From Thermoplasmata archaeon (lineage in GTDB: Archaea; Thermoplasmatota; Thermoplasmata; Lutacidiplasmatales; UBA184), in the NCBI GenBank assembly GCA_050749685.1, contig JBOGRS010000003.1:1-54790 (forward strand): a DNA stretch of 54,790 bases, read 5' to 3'. The notes below the pieces were generated by a model. The model had not been told where the DNA came from. It did no database searches and saw nothing but the letters and a program-made list of their open reading frames with translations. The translations under genes and the position numbers were made by a program. Positions 52,140-54,790 of this stretch are shown in pieces; within the stretch, counting starts at the first letter, position 1; each line of letters starts with the position of its first letter.

Positions 52140-53153
52140 CTATCCTTCGAGCAGGTCGTTGCCTCCGAGCGTGGGCCGCCTCGACGGCTTCCGAGCTGAC
52201 GGTCGCCCGGCCTGCTGCAGGCGCCATGCGAGCCCGGGATGCGTGGCAAGCACTGCCCTTCGCGCGCGATCGTGTTGCCCCGCGATGTCCGAGAACGCGC
52301 GCCGGTCTCCCGCGAGCACCGCTTGACGAAAGGCCTGCTCACGGTCCGTCGCGGTCGTGAAGGGGGGATCGGCTCCGTCCAGCGCGCGCTTTGCGGTTTC
52401 TCGAATGCTCGCCAGAGAGGGGGCCGACTCCTCGCCGCGAAGGACGTCCCTGAGCTGGGCCGGCTTGTACGGCACCTTCAGCTGGACCGGGTAGGATAGC
52501 CGATACCACTCCTTGTCCTGGAGGAACGAGTAGGCGAGATACATCGCCCTCGCCGAAGGATTCCCCTGCCATCTCGCATTGAGCATGAGATCCATGTCGA
52601 AAAGGTCCCGCGGGGCGGCGCGGTAGGCCACGGCCGTCAACTTCTGACCGAGGAGCTCGGGCTCGCTCACCACGGGAAAACTCAGGTCGTCGGCGGCGAA
52701 GAGGGCCGGCCCGACTCGGGAGATCGAAGGGAGCAGCGTCATCCGGTTCGGAAGGTCGAGGTCGATCTTGATTCGGTCCGGCGAGCCCAAGCTATTCCGG
52801 TAGGAGCACGACATCGTGGTCCCAGCCTGCTCCGGCATCTCGGTCACCACGTAGTCGAGGCCCTGGAGCAGTCGTCGCAGGGTCTGTAGAACCTGGCCGC
52901 GTTCGGCGGACGCCGGAGAGGCACCCGGGAATCCCGTGACCATGAGGTCGATATCCACGCTCAGTCGTGGGACCCGGGAGAAGTGAAACACGTTGAGTGC
53001 GGTCCCGCCCTTCAGGGTGGATCGGCCTTCGGTCGTTCGGAGGGCTTAAACCTCTCTCAGGATTCCCAGGAGACGAACGGCCTTCTCGGCGGTCACCGGC
53101 TCGAAGCCTTGGCTGACAGCCTCAGACAGGTCGGCCGGGTCTACAGCGACCAC
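52140..53153 (-). pseudogene. abiEii: AbiEii/AbiGii-family nucleotidyltransferase toxin gene interrupted by an in-frame TAA
   Basis: Reading from GTG 53153, 1 nt after the abiEi stop, gives VVAVDPADLSEAVSQGFEPVTAEKAVRLLGILREV-TAA(53046-53048)-ALRTTEGRSTLKGGTALNVFHFSRVPRLSVDIDL... The ORFs 53046..53246 and 52140..52991 are in the same frame. The KGGTAL and R.S.DIDL motifs are AbiEii hallmarks. Confidence 0.75.
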
Positions 53154-53154
53154 T

Positions 53155-53943
53155 TCAGTGGGCTCCCGGATAAACGAGCTTGAACTCACGGTCGAACCGA
53201 TTCGAACGATCCCTGGGACGGGTCGCGAAGTACACCGGCCCGGCATGGGCCAACGAGTTCCGGATCGATCGCAGCACCTCGGTCATCTCGGGGGATGCCG
53301 GGACGCTGGTCTTCAGAAGATGTCCGACGCGCGCAAGGATGGGTGCGCTGTGGGTTGCCCGTGCAGCCGCGAGCACTCTTTTCGGCTCCGACCTCGGCAG
53401 GAGAGTGCGGAAGGCCTCAAGGACCGCCTCGTAGTCCTGCACGGGATTCGGGAGGGAAGCGAGGTCAACGAGGGTCCGTTCGGGGGAGGTCACGGCAAGG
53501 CGGGCCCCGCCACGGCGTACGCGCGTGGTGAAGTCTTTGAGGTCACCCCCAGGAACGGAATGGATGTGGACAACCAAGTTTCCGAGGTGGCGTCGTCGAG
53601 AACGCACTCCCGGAGCACTGACCTCCACGGTCCTCCGAACCATCTGCTCGCCACCTAGGAGTGAAAGGGCGCTCTGATGGCTGAAGGTGTAGCCTCCTCC
53701 GAGCGCCTTCTGGACCGCGAGGAAGGGGTCGGGACGGAACCCACTCGGGTCGGCATCGAGCGGGACGCTGGCATAGACTCCTCGCTTGACCCGGGTCAGG
53801 AGGCCTCTCCTCTTGAGGTCAAAGGCAAGTCGGGCGGCCCGGGAAGGGGTGGCTGCGAGGATCTTGGCAAGCTCTCCGGTGGTGACCACCTGGGCGCGAG
53901 CTAGCTGGAGGAACTCCAGGCGGGTTACTTTCCGTCTCTCCAT
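53155..53943 (-). CDS. abiEi: AbiEi-family antitoxin / transcriptional regulator (type IV TA)
   Basis: The N-terminal wHTH region is FLQLARAQVVTTGELAKILAATPSRAARLAFDLKRRGLLTRVKRGVYA. The length and its position immediately upstream of abiEii fit the family. ATG 53943 is preferred over TTG 53955. Confidence 0.8.
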   Translation of the reverse strand: MERRKVTRLEFLQLARAQVVTTGELAKILAATPSRAARLAFDLKRRGLLTRVKRGVYASVPLDADPSGFRPDPFLAVQKALGGGYTFSHQSALSLLGGEQMVRRTVEVSAPGVRSRRRHLGNLVVHIHSVPGGDLKDFTTRVRRGGARLAVTSPERTLVDLASLPNPVQDYEAVLEAFRTLLPRSEPKRVLAAARATHSAPILARVGHLLKTSVPASPEMTEVLRSIRNSLAHAGPVYFATRPRDRSNRFDREFKLVYPGAH

Positions 53944-53945
53944 GC

Positions 53946-53984
53946 AGATTCCCAACTGAGGAATCTACACGGAGCAATATTAAG
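53946..53984 (-). promoter_or_regulatory. abiEi promoter: TATA-like CTTAATATT plus a 7-bp inverted repeat (AGATTCC-N7-GGAATCT) next to the start codon
   Basis: AATATTAAG at 53976-53984 lies about 32 nt upstream of ATG 53943. The perfect inverted repeat at 53946-53952 / 53960-53966 lies between the TATA box and the ATG. Confidence 0.35.
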
Positions 53985-54140
53985 TGATCGCGAGACCGCG
54001 TGGGCCAAGAGAAGGGGTCAGGAGGCCCCGCCGTGATGTGCGCGATGGAGGCACGACCCCAGATCGGACCGGGCCATCGATCGTCGGCTTCTCGGGGTTC
54101 CGTGCGCCCCGGAGCGGTCTTCAATCCGGCCGAGCCGTCA

Positions 54141-54154
54141 CGTTCAATACGGGG
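54141..54154 (+). repeat. Right copy of the 14-nt direct repeat (CGTTCAATACGGGG)
   Basis: See the left copy at 51927-51940. Confidence 0.35.
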
Positions 54155-54185
54155 TGTCCGAGTAGCGGCGGTGGGGGATCGCCGC

Positions 54186-54668
54186 GTGAGTCCGTGGGAA
54201 CGGTGTGATCTTTGCGGCGTCGGAATCAAGAGCGAACGGGGGGCCGCTCACCGCGAACGCGTCCACCCGAACGCGCTCACTCCCGAAGAACGGGCGGCCA
54301 ACGCCAAACGGGACCTGGAACGACTCCCGCGATCGCCCGAATGGTCGCCGCCGCCGAAGGCGCGCACCGCGAACTCCAGCGACACGGACGATCCCCCCGA
54401 CGCGGTGCGTGAGGCGTTCGAGCGTGGGGAGATCCTTCGTCCAATCGACCTCGTCGCCCACCCCGCGGCGCGTGCGTGGACGCTGCGACAGATGCTCCGG
54501 AGCGCGCGGGAGGGGGACCCTCAGTCTCTCACGATGGCTCTTCAGCTTGTCACTCTCGTAGAGGACCCGGCCGCACGGCTCGAGCTCGCCGAGGCCGGCC
54601 TGAAGGAGTCCCCGGCCCAAGAGCCCTGGTTCATGCTCGCCGGTTGGGCGGCGCTCGGGGCACGCTAG
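54186..54668 (+). CDS. Hypothetical protein with an N-terminal C2H2-like zinc-finger motif
   Basis: ORF 54000..54668. The part upstream of GTG 54186 is low-complexity and overlaps the repeat. From 54186 it reads VSPWERCDLCGVGIKSERGAAHRERVHPN, i.e. C-x2-C-x11-H-x4-H, followed by a helical C-terminal half. Confidence 0.4.
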   Translation: MSPWERCDLCGVGIKSERGAAHRERVHPNALTPEERAANAKRDLERLPRSPEWSPPPKARTANSSDTDDPPDAVREAFERGEILRPIDLVAHPAARAWTLRQMLRSAREGDPQSLTMALQLVTLVEDPAARLELAEAGLKESPAQEPWFMLAGWAALGAR

Positions 54669-54790
54669 TTACCCAGAAAGAGGACCCGCCCCTCACGGGG
54701 GATGAAGGGTGGGGCGCGTGGGTGGCGGACGTCGACACTATGGGGCTTGGACCCCGTCGCTAGTTTGTCCGCCGTCGACCCGGTATCGTG

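Larger units (their letters stand above)
51941..54140. mobile_element. Putative acquired 2.2-kb toxin-antitoxin islet (abiEi/abiEii) between direct repeats
   Basis: It is bracketed by the 14-nt repeats and abuts a truncated surface-protein gene. Hand-sampled stretches look less GC-rich than flanking genes (not computed). No integrase or transposase is present. Confidence 0.3.

Noticed and set aside
51930-54154. Idea that excising the AbiE islet at the direct repeats would restore an intact PKD surface-protein gene
   Set aside because: I joined the flanks in silico by hand. The PKD frame still hits the TGA inside the repeat, and the minus-strand sequence to the right of 54154 is not PKD-like in any frame.
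54665-54790. Open minus-strand frame at the right edge (…HDTGSTADKLATGSKPHSVDVRHPRAPPFIPREGRVLFLGN-stop)
   Set aside because: Only 41 codons are visible, with no motif and a moderate GC3 signal. That is too little to call a CDS. It shares a CTAG stop overlap with the plus-strand ORF.
1-54790. Searched by eye for CRISPR arrays, rRNA genes, transposases, integrases, reverse transcriptases and long near-identical DNA repeats (for example DGR TR/VR pairs targeting the surface proteins)
   Set aside because: I recognised none. The paralogous surface genes are diverged at the DNA level. A proper self-dot-plot or repeat finder is still needed to exclude short or degenerate repeats.

Overview
High-GC archaeal chromosomal fragment (about two-thirds G+C by eye, not computed). 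I call about 45 protein genes and 2 tRNAs. I saw no rRNA, CRISPR array, transposase or integrase. Archaeal hallmarks: isopentenyl phosphate kinase plus type-2 IDI, archaeal-type SAM synthetase, Elp3, aSUI1, an Nre-family protein, and A/T-rich TATA-like boxes about 20-35 nt upstream of most start codons, implying leaderless or short-leader mRNAs. The most striking property is envelope content. About 20 kb of the 54.8 kb encodes very large type-I membrane-anchored proteins rich in NxS/T sequons: a 2019-aa CarboxypepD_reg-like repeat protein coupled to a downstream anchored protein; a translationally coupled tandem pair of about 1450-1500-aa Asp-box propeller/repeat-array paralogs; a 796-aa and a roughly 565-aa Ig/MG-like protein; and a truncated PKD remnant. 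A MOP-type flippase and an ABC-2 exporter operon lie nearby. Other notable items: a fusion of a GcvH-like domain (lipoyl-Lys replaced by Arg) to a TusA-like domain, next to a rhodanese gene with a perfect palindrome at its promoter and a hidden small Cys-rich ORF; a 2.2-kb AbiEi/AbiEii toxin-antitoxin islet bracketed by 14-nt direct repeats, with an in-frame TAA in the toxin gene; an MthK-like K+ channel next to a COG2403 (cyclic-2,3-diphosphoglycerate-synthetase-like) gene; and an IPK/IDI2/Elp3 overlapping gene string followed by SAM synthetase. All calls rest on reading translations and motifs by eye, with no database search. Many long ORFs in the track are antisense or out-of-frame high-GC artefacts and were rejected.
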